The notes under the pieces are model-generated. The model made no database searches and was not told where the DNA came from. It saw only the letters and a program-made list of their open reading frames with translations. From an uncultured Candidatus Saccharibacteria bacterium (lineage in GTDB: Bacteria; Patescibacteriota; Saccharimonadia; Saccharimonadales; CAZICT01): a stretch of DNA of 64,000 bases. The stretch spans positions 2,013-66,012 of the forward strand of contig CAZICT010000003.1 of assembly GCA_964537935.1 (NCBI GenBank), in the 5' to 3' direction. Every line of letters begins with the position of its first letter. The stretch's first letter is position 1. A program made the translations under genes and the position numbers. Positions 38,191 through 47,397 of the stretch are shown piece after piece.

Positions 38191-38682
38191 TTAGTTGCCG
38201 AGAGAAGTTTCTACAAGCAGTGAGCGGCCTGCTAGGTCGTCAGTTCCTGCTGTTGCACCGTCAACTTCACCTTCGTATACGGCTGTTAGTGTGTAGCCAG
38301 TACACGGAGATTCAGCACTAGCGTCACAGTCTGCTGGCGTAACCTCGTAGCTGTATGCACCGACAGCTGGAGCAGCAACAAGCGCGCTGGTATCACCATT
38401 TGGATCACGGAGAGCATCTTCTTCAAGTCCGCCCATGCCGTTATTTGAACGCCACTCTCCATCATTTATGTTAGTCAGGGTTGGATATGTGCCATTCTCG
38501 GTCTCATACACCTCTAGTTGTGTGCGTAGAGAATTAATGTCTGCTTGACGGTCAGCATTGCGTGCTTTGCGCTGTGCACCGCCTACGGTTGTTAATACGA
38601 TTGCCGCCAATATACCGATAACGACAATAACTATCAGAAGCTCCACGATAGTGAAACCCTGTTCTTTACGTTGTAGAGTCAT
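38191..38682 (-). CDS. pilA: type IV pilin (major pilin candidate)
   Basis: MTLQRKEQG|FTIVELLIVIVVIGILAAIV class III signal. GAAAGGGTGG RBS before the ATG at 38682. The ORF-track start at 38733 was trimmed. Confidence 0.82.
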   Translation of the reverse strand: MTLQRKEQGFTIVELLIVIVVIGILAAIVLTTVGGAQRKARNADRQADINSLRTQLEVYETENGTYPTLTNINDGEWRSNNGMGGLEEDALRDPNGDTSALVAAPAVGAYSYEVTPADCDASAESPCTGYTLTAVYEGEVDGATAGTDDLAGRSLLVETSLGN

Positions 38683-38794
38683 TGTGAGGACCCACCCTTT
38701 CTTAAGTGTGTTTATACTTTTTGATCTTACCAATAGGTAAGTATCTGCAGTAAAGTATAACCATTAACGCAATCAGGTCAATAGTAAACCAGGG

Positions 38795-40000
38795 CTATCC
38801 GCCTGTGTTTTGGCTTAATGAAGCCATCGGACCCATAACGCTTATAGCTATAACGCCCACCATGCTCCCTAGAAATACAATCATGACCGGCTCTATAATT
38901 GAGCTAAGGCTGTCCAGCGTGGCAGCCACATCTTCTTCATAAAAATCGGCAACTTTAATCAGGATGGTATCTATCTGACCGGTTTCTTCTCCGACCGCTA
39001 ACATCTGGGCGACAATTGGCGGGAAGTGCTTACTATGCGAAAGTGGTTCGCTAAGTTGTTTTCCGCTCTTTATAGCCTTGGCTGCTTCTTTTAGTTCTTC
39101 TTCTATAACTTTGTTACTGACAGCCGCACCTGTAACCTCCAAGGCGTCAAGCACGCCAACGCCTGCAGACATAAGAGAAGCAAATGTGCGGGAAAACCGT
39201 GCAATTGCGATTTTTACGATAATTGTTTTAACGATGGGCGCCTTCAATAGGAAAGCATGAAACTTATATTTGCCGGCTGGCGATTTAATATAACGCCGAA
39301 AACTGAAAACTGCTAATCCAAGGGCTGCAAATATAAGAATTGCATTCGACTGCATGAAGTCACTAAAATTCAATAATGCTTGAGTATAGACAGGCAATTC
39401 CGCGTCTGCTCCACCAAGATCTTTCAGTATGGCTCCAAGCTTCGGGATAACGAAAAACATAATTCCAAAGAACGCAACGATAGTAATCACTATCAGAACG
39501 GTAGGGTAGGTCATGGCACTTTTTACTTTCTTCCGCATTCCGGCGTCTTGTTCCACCTGGGAAGCCAGGCGTTTTAGGATTTCATCCAAGATACCGCCGG
39601 CTTCACCGGCGCGAACCATGTTTACATAGACGTCTGAAAATACACTCGGGTGTTTTGCAAACGCCTCGGCCAGTGATTGACCGCCTTCGACATCTTTGGT
39701 AACCGCTGCCAAGACCGATTGAAAATATTTGTTTTCGGTTTGGGTTTGCATGGTGTTAAGTCCGCGGGTCAATGGCACACCGGCCGAAGTCATGGTTGAA
39801 AGCTGCCTGGTAAAGATGACGAGGTCTTTAAGCTTAACCTTGCCGCCGCGCTTTGCTTTGCCGCCGTCATTGGCCTTAATAACAACCGGCTTTAAGCCTT
39901 GGTTTGCGAGCGTGGCAGCTAGTGCCTCGCGGTTAACTGCGTCAGCAAGTCCCTTTACAGTTTTACCTTCTTTACTAACAGCAGTGTAAGCAAATTTCAT
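38795..40000 (-). CDS. pilC: type IV pilus platform protein PilC (GspF family)
   Basis: Two GspF repeats and three TM segments. Confidence 0.92.
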   Translation of the reverse strand: MKFAYTAVSKEGKTVKGLADAVNREALAATLANQGLKPVVIKANDGGKAKRGGKVKLKDLVIFTRQLSTMTSAGVPLTRGLNTMQTQTENKYFQSVLAAVTKDVEGGQSLAEAFAKHPSVFSDVYVNMVRAGEAGGILDEILKRLASQVEQDAGMRKKVKSAMTYPTVLIVITIVAFFGIMFFVIPKLGAILKDLGGADAELPVYTQALLNFSDFMQSNAILIFAALGLAVFSFRRYIKSPAGKYKFHAFLLKAPIVKTIIVKIAIARFSRTFASLMSAGVGVLDALEVTGAAVSNKVIEEELKEAAKAIKSGKQLSEPLSHSKHFPPIVAQMLAVGEETGQIDTILIKVADFYEEDVAATLDSLSSIIEPVMIVFLGSMVGVIAISVMGPMASLSQNTGG

Positions 40001-40002
40001 AG

Positions 40003-41814
40003 CTAACGCTCCGCGGTTACGCGCAATATTTCCTCAACAGAAGTCTGTCCTCTAAGTGCTTTAATAAATCCGTCCAGTTGCATCGTTATCATGCCTTGCT
40101 GGATCGCAATATTCTGTATCTGTTCGCTGGTTCCATTGGCGACTATAAGTTTTTGAACTTCCTGGGTATTAGAAAGAACTTCATACACACCCATACGTCC
40201 TTTGTAACCGATGTGTCCGCAACTTTCACAGCCGCCTTCATGGACCTTGAACAAACGGGTAATTTTTGACTCGGTAGTAGATAGGCTGGAGGTATCGGTT
40301 TTGCTTTTACCGGTGTTAGTCTTTCCGATACCTCCTTCTAAGGCCTGTTTTTCGAGGTCATGTATGCGTTTCATTACTGAATTGTCATCAGTATTAAAGA
40401 TATTGGCAAGCTGTTTTAAGGTGGCAGCATCGGGCGTGACTTCCTCACGGCAGTCAACGCATAAGCGTCGAACAAGACGCTGACCAACCACTGCTCTAAC
40501 GGTGCTGGCTATCAAAAAAGGCTCAATTCCCATATCTAGTAACCGCGGCAAACAAGTAGCAGCATTATTGGTGTGAAGTGTCGCAAAAACCAGGTGACCC
40601 GTAAGGGCGGCCTGTACGCCAAGTCCCGAAGTTTCGGAATCGCGAATCTCACCTACCATGATAATATTCGGATCTTGTCTAAGGAGTGCGCGCAACCCGG
40701 CTGCAAATGTCATGCCGGCTTTTGGATTTACTTGAGTTTGATTAGCGCCGGGAATTCTGTACTCTACCGGATCTTCAATAGTTGAAATGTTAACAGTCGG
40801 CTTGTTAAGCAGGCTTAATATACTAAATAGACTGGTTGATTTTCCCGAACCGGTCGGTCCGGTAACCAGTATCATTCCATGAGGTTGTTTAATGGTTCTA
40901 TTTATCGATTCTAACGAGACGCCCCAGTAACCAAGCTCCTCAAGCGAAGATGCTTTAGACGATTCATCTAAAATACGCATCACAACCTTTTCTCCGTCGC
41001 TCACCGGCAGAGTCGAAACACGCAGCGCATACAACGAGTTGCCGATTTGGATCTTGAACCGGCCATCTTGCGGCGCCCGTCGTTCGTCAATCTTTAAGCT
41101 GGATAATATTTTTATGCGCGACACCAGTGCACCATGGACCTTTTTAGGTAATTTATTGGCTTCCCGCAATACTCCGTCAACGCGGTAACGAACGATAACA
41201 TAATTTTCACGCGGCTCAATATGAATATCACTTGCATTACTTCTGATGGCATACTCAATAATAAGATTAACTGTTTGAGCAATAGGCGAATCTTCGGCCA
41301 GATCTTCTTCGTCAATTTCATCAATTACATCAAAGTCATCGTCTTCAGCGGAAACTACTTTGGTGAGTTCGTTGCCGATGCTGCCGCGATATTGGTCAAG
41401 TGCGGCCTGGATAGTGCTATTGGCGGTGATGTGCACCTTGGTGTTGGTACCCAGCTGCTTTTTTAGAAAGCTTACCGCTTGGATATCGTCCGGATCTTCC
41501 ATAGCCAGAAGCTTGGTGCCATCCTCTTCTACGCCGAACAGCACCACGTTATATTGACGGGCAATTCGCTCAGGTATCAGCTTGAGAATTTCGTGCTTGA
41601 TCTCCTTGGGGTTAAGTTCGATATACGGTACGTCGATTTTTTCGGCATAGAGCTCTGTCAGCTCCTTTTCGGTAATCAGATTATTTTGAATAACCAAATC
41701 CTGCAAGGGCTTCTTTTCGGCTATTTCCTGTTCGCGCAAGCCGGCAAGTTGTTCTGGTGACAACTTACCAGCGTCACTTAACAGCTTTTCTACTAGTACG
41801 TCTGAAATTCTCAT
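40003..41814 (-). CDS. pilB: type IV pilus assembly ATPase PilB (GspE family)
   Basis: T2SSE N-domain, Walker A GPTGSGKST, Asp/His boxes, tetracysteine CVDC..CESC motif. Confidence 0.95.
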   Translation of the reverse strand: MRISDVLVEKLLSDAGKLSPEQLAGLREQEIAEKKPLQDLVIQNNLITEKELTELYAEKIDVPYIELNPKEIKHEILKLIPERIARQYNVVLFGVEEDGTKLLAMEDPDDIQAVSFLKKQLGTNTKVHITANSTIQAALDQYRGSIGNELTKVVSAEDDDFDVIDEIDEEDLAEDSPIAQTVNLIIEYAIRSNASDIHIEPRENYVIVRYRVDGVLREANKLPKKVHGALVSRIKILSSLKIDERRAPQDGRFKIQIGNSLYALRVSTLPVSDGEKVVMRILDESSKASSLEELGYWGVSLESINRTIKQPHGMILVTGPTGSGKSTSLFSILSLLNKPTVNISTIEDPVEYRIPGANQTQVNPKAGMTFAAGLRALLRQDPNIIMVGEIRDSETSGLGVQAALTGHLVFATLHTNNAATCLPRLLDMGIEPFLIASTVRAVVGQRLVRRLCVDCREEVTPDAATLKQLANIFNTDDNSVMKRIHDLEKQALEGGIGKTNTGKSKTDTSSLSTTESKITRLFKVHEGGCESCGHIGYKGRMGVYEVLSNTQEVQKLIVANGTSEQIQNIAIQQGMITMQLDGFIKALRGQTSVEEILRVTAER

Positions 41815-41964
41815 TGCTTGAAGCCATTATAGTTCAATTAAGCGTAAGCGATAAGACCTTTCTTAAACAGACAACTTACTTAATGTCATAAATTAATTAT
41901 TGAATATATAGGAGCCGGTTTTGTTATAATAAATTATGAAAAGGGAAAGTGAGGGAGTCTGCAC

Positions 41965-42993
41965 ATGGCCGCGAATAAAGATAATAGCGCGAAGAAATCT
42001 GACGCTCAAAGCGAAGGCAAAACTAAGGCCCTTGGTTTGGCATTAGAGACGATTGAGAAACAGTTTGGTAAAGGTTCGATAATGAAATTGGGCGAGTCCC
42101 AGAGAGTGAACGTCGAATGTATACCAACCGGCAGCCTGAGCCTGGATATAGCCCTTGGCGGTGGCTTGCCGAAAGGACGAATTATTGAAATCTATGGTCC
42201 GGAAAGTTCCGGTAAGACCACACTTACCTTGCATGCTATTGCTGAAGTCCAAAGACAGGGCGGCACCGCAGCGTTTATTGACGCCGAGCATGCTCTTGAC
42301 CCTTCGTATGCTAAGCGGATTGGCGTTGATGTTGAGAATTTACTATTAAGCCAGCCTGATAACGGTGAACAGGCTCTTGAAATTACAGAAACTTTAGTTC
42401 GTAGCAATGCGGTTGACCTAATAGTAGTCGACTCGGTTGCCGCTTTGGTCCCAAGAGCTGAGATCGAGGGCGACATGGGTGACAGTCATATGGGGCTTCA
42501 GGCCCGCTTAATGAGCCAGGCTTTGCGTAAATTGACCGGAGTTATTTCTCGTAGCAAAGCTACTGTCATTTTTGTAAACCAGATACGTATGAAGATTGGT
42601 GTGATGTTTGGCAACCCAGAAACAACCACCGGTGGAAACGCCCTGAAGTTCTACGCTTCAGTTCGTATGGATATTCGTCGTACCTCTCAGATAAAAGTAG
42701 GGGATGAGGTTATCGGCAACCGCACGCGCGTAAAGGTAGTCAAGAACAAGATCGCACCTCCGTTCCGTCAGGCTGAATTCGATATCATGTACAACAAGGG
42801 CATCAGTACCTCCGGTGATGTTCTTGATCTGGCCGTAACCCATAATATAGTCGAAAAGTCCGGTGCCTGGTTCGCATATAATGACCAGAAAATCGGCCAA
42901 GGTCGGGAAGCGGCGAAGAGCTATCTGGAAGAAAATCCGAAAATTTTGGATGAAATCGCCAAAAAAGTACGGACTTCGGCCGAAAAAGAATAG
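41965..42993 (+). CDS. recA: recombinase RecA
   Basis: [10 protein letters not shown] Walker A and the full RecA core. Confidence 0.99.
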   Translation: MAANKDNSAKKSDAQSEGKTKALGLALETIEKQFGKGSIMKLGESQRVNVECIPTGSLSLDIALGGGLPKGRIIEIYGPESSGKTTLTLHAIAEVQRQGGTAAFIDAEHALDPSYAKRIGVDVENLLLSQPDNGEQALEITETLVRSNAVDLIVVDSVAALVPRAEIEGDMGDSHMGLQARLMSQALRKLTGVISRSKATVIFVNQIRMKIGVMFGNPETTTGGNALKFYASVRMDIRRTSQIKVGDEVIGNRTRVKVVKNKIAPPFRQAEFDIMYNKGISTSGDVLDLAVTHNIVEKSGAWFAYNDQKIGQGREAAKSYLEENPKILDEIAKKVRTSAEKE

Positions 42994-43094
42994 AAAATTA
43001 ACACTGATTTTTTAGGTCTTCTTAAGCACCTCTCAATTATGTTTTTCCATATGGTCAAAATCGCAGATTAGGCGTATAACTGATCTTAAGAATC

Positions 43095-43343
43095 ATGGAA
43101 CAAATAACAGATAACAGAAACAGTCGGTGCGTATACGAAGAATTTGTAGCTGAGCGCGCACGCACCAACATGGAGGACGGAATATATGCCTGTGATGATT
43201 GCGGAGGAGCGACATTGATTATTGTAAGAGACGGAGAGTATCGGGGGGTGATTTTCCCGACTCGATTCCTGGAATCCGGTGATCTGGTAGGGATTGAGAC
43301 AATTTATGGCAATAATGAAGATGAATATAAATTAGCCGGATAA
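43095..43343 (+). CDS. hypothetical small protein
   Basis: 82-aa ORF with a CDDCGG motif. I recognise no family. Confidence 0.45.
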   Translation: MEQITDNRNSRCVYEEFVAERARTNMEDGIYACDDCGGATLIIVRDGEYRGVIFPTRFLESGDLVGIETIYGNNEDEYKLAG

Positions 43344-43432
43344 TAGCACGTAGACTTACATAGCATAAGCTAGCAAGAATGAATCACCAAGCGGTCGAAG
43401 AAAGGGCGTAGACGGTATCTATATTAAATTAT

Positions 43433-43816
43433 CTAAGAAGGAGGGTCGTAGGTACGGTCTGCGTAGTTATGGTTGGGCCAAATTTGCTCTAAAGTAATTA
43501 AATCTTGCGCGGCATTGAATTGTCGCCACAGCTCTTCGTCAGAATCATTTCCGAGTAGCTCGACAAAGTCTATAGCTTCATCGGCCTGGAAAGGTTTGGC
43601 AGGTTCTTCTTCAGTCACGTATTCGATCACAACATCAGTCTGTTCCAGTAAGCGCAGGTGTCTCTCATCTGCTTCTTTTGTAACGAGCACTTTCCCTGCT
43701 GGGCATACAAAAGAGTATTCAGCACGAGTGTGCTCTGCATCGGTGATGGCACGTACATCTCCCTCTGTTACAGATTGTTCACCGTGTTGAGGACAATTTG
43801 ATTTTATAACTGTCAT
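43433..43816 (-). CDS. hypothetical acidic protein
   Basis: 127-aa ORF with N-terminal C-x2-H ... C-P pattern and a very acidic C-terminal half. Confidence 0.5.
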   Translation of the reverse strand: MTVIKSNCPQHGEQSVTEGDVRAITDAEHTRAEYSFVCPAGKVLVTKEADERHLRLLEQTDVVIEYVTEEEPAKPFQADEAIDFVELLGNDSDEELWRQFNAAQDLITLEQIWPNHNYADRTYDPPS

Positions 43817-43878
43817 GACTATATCGTTCGCTATTATGGTATATGCTATACCGCAAAGAGGATATTTTCGACACTGTT

Positions 43879-44490
43879 ATGAAGGTTACTGATATCAAGC
43901 AGCAAGTTAAGCGAAGCGACCGCTACTCGATTTACATCGACGGTAAGTATGCCTTTTCGCTGTCTGAGCTTGAGCTGGTGAATTCCGGCCTTCGCGTGGG
44001 AAGGGAGTATTCAGAAACCGAAATTGCCGAACTCCAGGATACTGCCCTAATAGATAAAGCTTATGATCGTGCCTTAAACCAACTGGCCCGCCGGCCGCGC
44101 AGTGAATGGGAGTTAAGGGACTATCTACGACGAAAAGAGTATCAACCAGAGATAATCGAGACGGTAATCGACCGCTTAAGGGACCGCGGTTATATAGACG
44201 ATGCCGACTTTGCGCAGCGCTGGGTAGAGAATCGTCGCCTGCTTAAGCCGATTAGTAAACGTCGATTAACACAAGAACTCAAGCAGAAACGAGTCAGTGA
44301 TGAAATTATTTCTAACACTTTAGCAAGTGACGAGACTGATGAGCGAGCGGTACTGAAGGAATTAATCGAAAAAAAACGCCGGCAGACACGCTATCATGAC
44401 GAACAGAAGTTGGTGCAATACCTCATGCGCCAAGGATATAATTATGAAGATATAAAAAGTGTTTTGAGCGAATTAGCTTCCCAGGAGTGA
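43879..44490 (+). CDS. recX: RecA regulator RecX
   Basis: Three-helix repeats (YLRRKEY..IIETVIDRLRDRGYIDDADFAQRWVENR). The start may be 43843. Confidence 0.8.
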   Translation: MKVTDIKQQVKRSDRYSIYIDGKYAFSLSELELVNSGLRVGREYSETEIAELQDTALIDKAYDRALNQLARRPRSEWELRDYLRRKEYQPEIIETVIDRLRDRGYIDDADFAQRWVENRRLLKPISKRRLTQELKQKRVSDEIISNTLASDETDERAVLKELIEKKRRQTRYHDEQKLVQYLMRQGYNYEDIKSVLSELASQE

Positions 44491-44997
44491 AGGGATTGGC
44501 ACGGCCTTCGCAGGACGCAAGATATCTTTGACGATAATTTTCTTATTGGTTATCTCAATAATTTCGTTACGATCAACACTTAACTGACCGGTATTGAGGC
44601 TTTTTAGTATGCTGCGAGCGACATATAGTTTTTGTATATAAAGAGATTGGTCATCAAAGGCGTAATCAACTACTTTACCGATTCGCTGCTTACTTTCGGT
44701 ATAGACGGCTTTTCCGACCAGCTCAAATCTCAGCTCAATCAACTCTTTAAGGCGTATAAGGTCTTCTTCTTCGCTTAACACTTCATGGTCGTTAACCACT
44801 ATTCCATTGGCAAGGATTTCACGTATTTCCAGCGCCACAAGGATAAGCTGCTTTTTTTCAAACCTGTCCTGGCAAAATAACCCCTCAATCTTAAGATTAT
44901 TGGGATTAATAATCTCACCGGTACTTGTCGCGACCGAACCACCGGTCCGAAGTGACAGGATAGGAGTATTGACGAGTGTCGTGCGAAGCTTAAGCAT
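44473..44997 (-). CDS. PRC-barrel domain protein (two copies)
   Basis: Two repeats of a PRC-barrel-like pattern (VNTPILSLRTGGSVA.., GKAVYTESKQRIGKVVDYAFD). Its 3' end overlaps the recX 3' end. Confidence 0.55.
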   Translation of the reverse strand: MLKLRTTLVNTPILSLRTGGSVATSTGEIINPNNLKIEGLFCQDRFEKKQLILVALEIREILANGIVVNDHEVLSEEEDLIRLKELIELRFELVGKAVYTESKQRIGKVVDYAFDDQSLYIQKLYVARSILKSLNTGQLSVDRNEIIEITNKKIIVKDILRPAKAVPIPSLLGS

Positions 44998-45074
44998 TAC
45001 GGTTCCAGTATAGACAATTCAAACGTGTGGATAAATGCTTGCACACAATTAAGTATCATAGAATACTTCATACT

Positions 45075-46559
45075 ATGAAACGATTAAGATGTGGTGCCTT
45101 AATCCTTGTGGTGATGCTGTTGCCTGGTACGGCCCACGCCCAAATCGTAGAAGACTTGCCTGAAGAAGCGCCTTTTTCGCCGAGAATTTTTATCCAAGCC
45201 ATTCAGGTTAGCGGCAAAGAGTTTGTGGCACTTAAAAACAACAGCGAAGAAGAACTTTCGCTCGGTAATTATCGTATCCAGTATTTCAACGACTATGACG
45301 TGGCCGCCGCATCAAGTAGTAAATTGATTGATCTGTCAGAAATTATTTTGCCAGCCGAAGCAACTTTGTTATTGCTTACCGAGCCGACATTTGTGTGTGA
45401 AGGAATGGTGGTAGGCAGTGCCAGCTTGGGCTTTGCCGATAAAAAGGGGCTAGTCCAAGTCGTGCGCGAAACACAGCTAGTTCCCGGCGGGCCGGTTTCT
45501 GTGGAAGTGGAGGATGCGATTGGCTGGTCAGACGAAGCTGAGCCACCAGAGGAAGTCGAGAAGACTCCTGAAAGTAAAGATCAGTTCTTTTGGCGAAAGA
45601 TTACTGAAGAGTTAGATAGCGATCTGGAAACGGCCCCGTTGCCATTTAGTGAATGGTCATGGCAAATCGCAAAAACAGATGAAGAAAATGTGTGCGACAT
45701 AACACTTGTAGACAACAGTCCGATTAATGAAGATGAGCAAACAGAAGCAGCATTACCACCGCTTACTTTGGCGCCAAAAGTTGAACCGCCTGCAACCATT
45801 TTGCCAAAAACTACACAAGTGGTTGCCGCAAAAACAACTGCCAAGAAGCCGGTTTATCCGGCCAGGAGCATAGGGTTGACTGCGCCGCAGATCACCGAGC
45901 TGCTGCCTAACCCGGGTCCGCCATTAACCGATGCCGACGATGAATTTATCGAACTTTATAACTCGAATGACAAAATATTTGAGCTGAGCGGCTTTAAATT
46001 AGAAGTAGGATCAACCTCAAAACGGACTTATACCTTTCCGCAAGGAACACTTCTAAAGCCAAAATCATTCACGGCGTTTTACTCGACTGATATAAGCGTG
46101 AGTTTGGCTAACACCAAAAGCCAAGTCAGGCTACTTGATCCATTCGGTAATATGATTAGTGAAGCTGAGGTTTATGAAAAAGCCAAGGATAATCTGGCTT
46201 GGGCGCTAGCTAGCGGTAAATGGTATTGGACTACAACCGTTACACCGGGCGCGGCGAATGTTATAAGCGAACCGGCCGCCACAGTAAAAGCAGCCTCAAC
46301 ATCTAAGGCTAAGGCCGTATCAGCTACTTCTTCTGGAGGCAGCACAACGAATGGCTCAGGCGCCGGATCAATCGCACCTGATCCGCTTCCGGAAGAAAAC
46401 AACAATGATTCGCTTCACCCGATAGTGCTTGCTGGCGTGGGTATGCTCGCGCTAGGATATGCCTTGTATGAGTATCGTCAAGACATTGCGCATCGAATCA
46501 ATCAATTCAGACAATACCGAGCAGATCGGCGAAGCCATAGGACGTCGGCTCAGGGGTAG
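45075..46559 (+). CDS. lamin-tail-domain (LTD) surface protein with C-terminal TM anchor
   Basis: Signal peptide MKRLRCGALILVVMLLPGTAHA. ITELLPNPGPPLTDADDEFIELYNSND LTD signature plus a weaker N-terminal LTD. TM helix near the C-terminus. Confidence 0.7.
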   Translation: MKRLRCGALILVVMLLPGTAHAQIVEDLPEEAPFSPRIFIQAIQVSGKEFVALKNNSEEELSLGNYRIQYFNDYDVAAASSSKLIDLSEIILPAEATLLLLTEPTFVCEGMVVGSASLGFADKKGLVQVVRETQLVPGGPVSVEVEDAIGWSDEAEPPEEVEKTPESKDQFFWRKITEELDSDLETAPLPFSEWSWQIAKTDEENVCDITLVDNSPINEDEQTEAALPPLTLAPKVEPPATILPKTTQVVAAKTTAKKPVYPARSIGLTAPQITELLPNPGPPLTDADDEFIELYNSNDKIFELSGFKLEVGSTSKRTYTFPQGTLLKPKSFTAFYSTDISVSLANTKSQVRLLDPFGNMISEAEVYEKAKDNLAWALASGKWYWTTTVTPGAANVISEPAATVKAASTSKAKAVSATSSGGSTTNGSGAGSIAPDPLPEENNNDSLHPIVLAGVGMLALGYALYEYRQDIAHRINQFRQYRADRRSHRTSAQG

Positions 46560-46956
46560 GGAGGTTTTTGAACTCAACAGCGACCTCGGGGGAGGCAAAA
46601 CTACCTTTGCCAGAGGTCTGGCGCGTGGCGCAGGCAGTAGTGATCATGTTGCCAGTCCTACGTTCACGATTAGCAGACAATATTACGCTGACCAGCTCAC
46701 TATTTATCATTATGATTTCTATCGATTAAGTGAAGCCGGCCTTATGCAGTTCGAACTAAGTGATGCTTTTGACGATCCTTCTGGCGTGGTGGTCGTAGAA
46801 TGGGGAAAGATAGTACGGGGTGTTTTACCGGAATCACGGGTTACAATACATATTACGCGTACAAACGAGAGCGAACGGATTATTGAAATAACATACCCGG
46901 AAGAACTAGACTATTTATTACAAGACTATGCTGATACTAACAATACGAACCGATAA
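46468..46956 (+). CDS. tsaE: tRNA t6A37 biosynthesis ATPase TsaE
   Basis: L.SDLGGGKTTFARGLARG P-loop and HYDFYRL motif. The start is uncertain (46459, 46468 or TTG 46486) and overlaps the upstream gene. Confidence 0.8.
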   Translation: MSIVKTLRIESINSDNTEQIGEAIGRRLRGREVFELNSDLGGGKTTFARGLARGAGSSDHVASPTFTISRQYYADQLTIYHYDFYRLSEAGLMQFELSDAFDDPSGVVVVEWGKIVRGVLPESRVTIHITRTNESERIIEITYPEELDYLLQDYADTNNTNR

Positions 46957-47320
46957 ACCTGAAGCCGAACTGGGCCTCTATGAAGGCAAAAACAAACTTA
47001 AGAGTCTGGTTTGGGTTGCGCACAGAAAACTGGCAGAGCAGTTGCTTGGCAAGATAGAAGATCTTTTAGCCGACCAGCAAAAAACTTTTCCTGATATCAA
47101 AGCTATAGCTGTCTACGAAGGGCCAGGCAGCTTTACCGGTCTTAGAATTGGAGTTAGTACAGCAAATGCGCTTGCGTACGGCTTGAATATTCCAGTTATT
47201 GCTAAAGGTGGTAATGATTGGGAAGAATCTGCAATCGATGAACTTCTGCAAGGAAACGCGCATCCTACGGCAATTCCTAACTACGGTCAAACGGCTCACA
47301 TCACACAGCCCAAGCGTTGA
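46928..47320 (+). CDS. tsaB: TsaB (YeaZ)-like protein, N-terminal domain only
   Basis: YEGPGSFTGLRIGVSTANALAYGLNIPVI. Only 130 aa. Confidence 0.78.
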   Translation: MLILTIRTDKPEAELGLYEGKNKLKSLVWVAHRKLAEQLLGKIEDLLADQQKTFPDIKAIAVYEGPGSFTGLRIGVSTANALAYGLNIPVIAKGGNDWEESAIDELLQGNAHPTAIPNYGQTAHITQPKR

Positions 47321-47397
47321 TAATTGTAGACTCCTGTTGCATTGATTGGTTTTTTGCTACAATAAACCGTAAGAATAATCGAAAATAAATAACCTAT

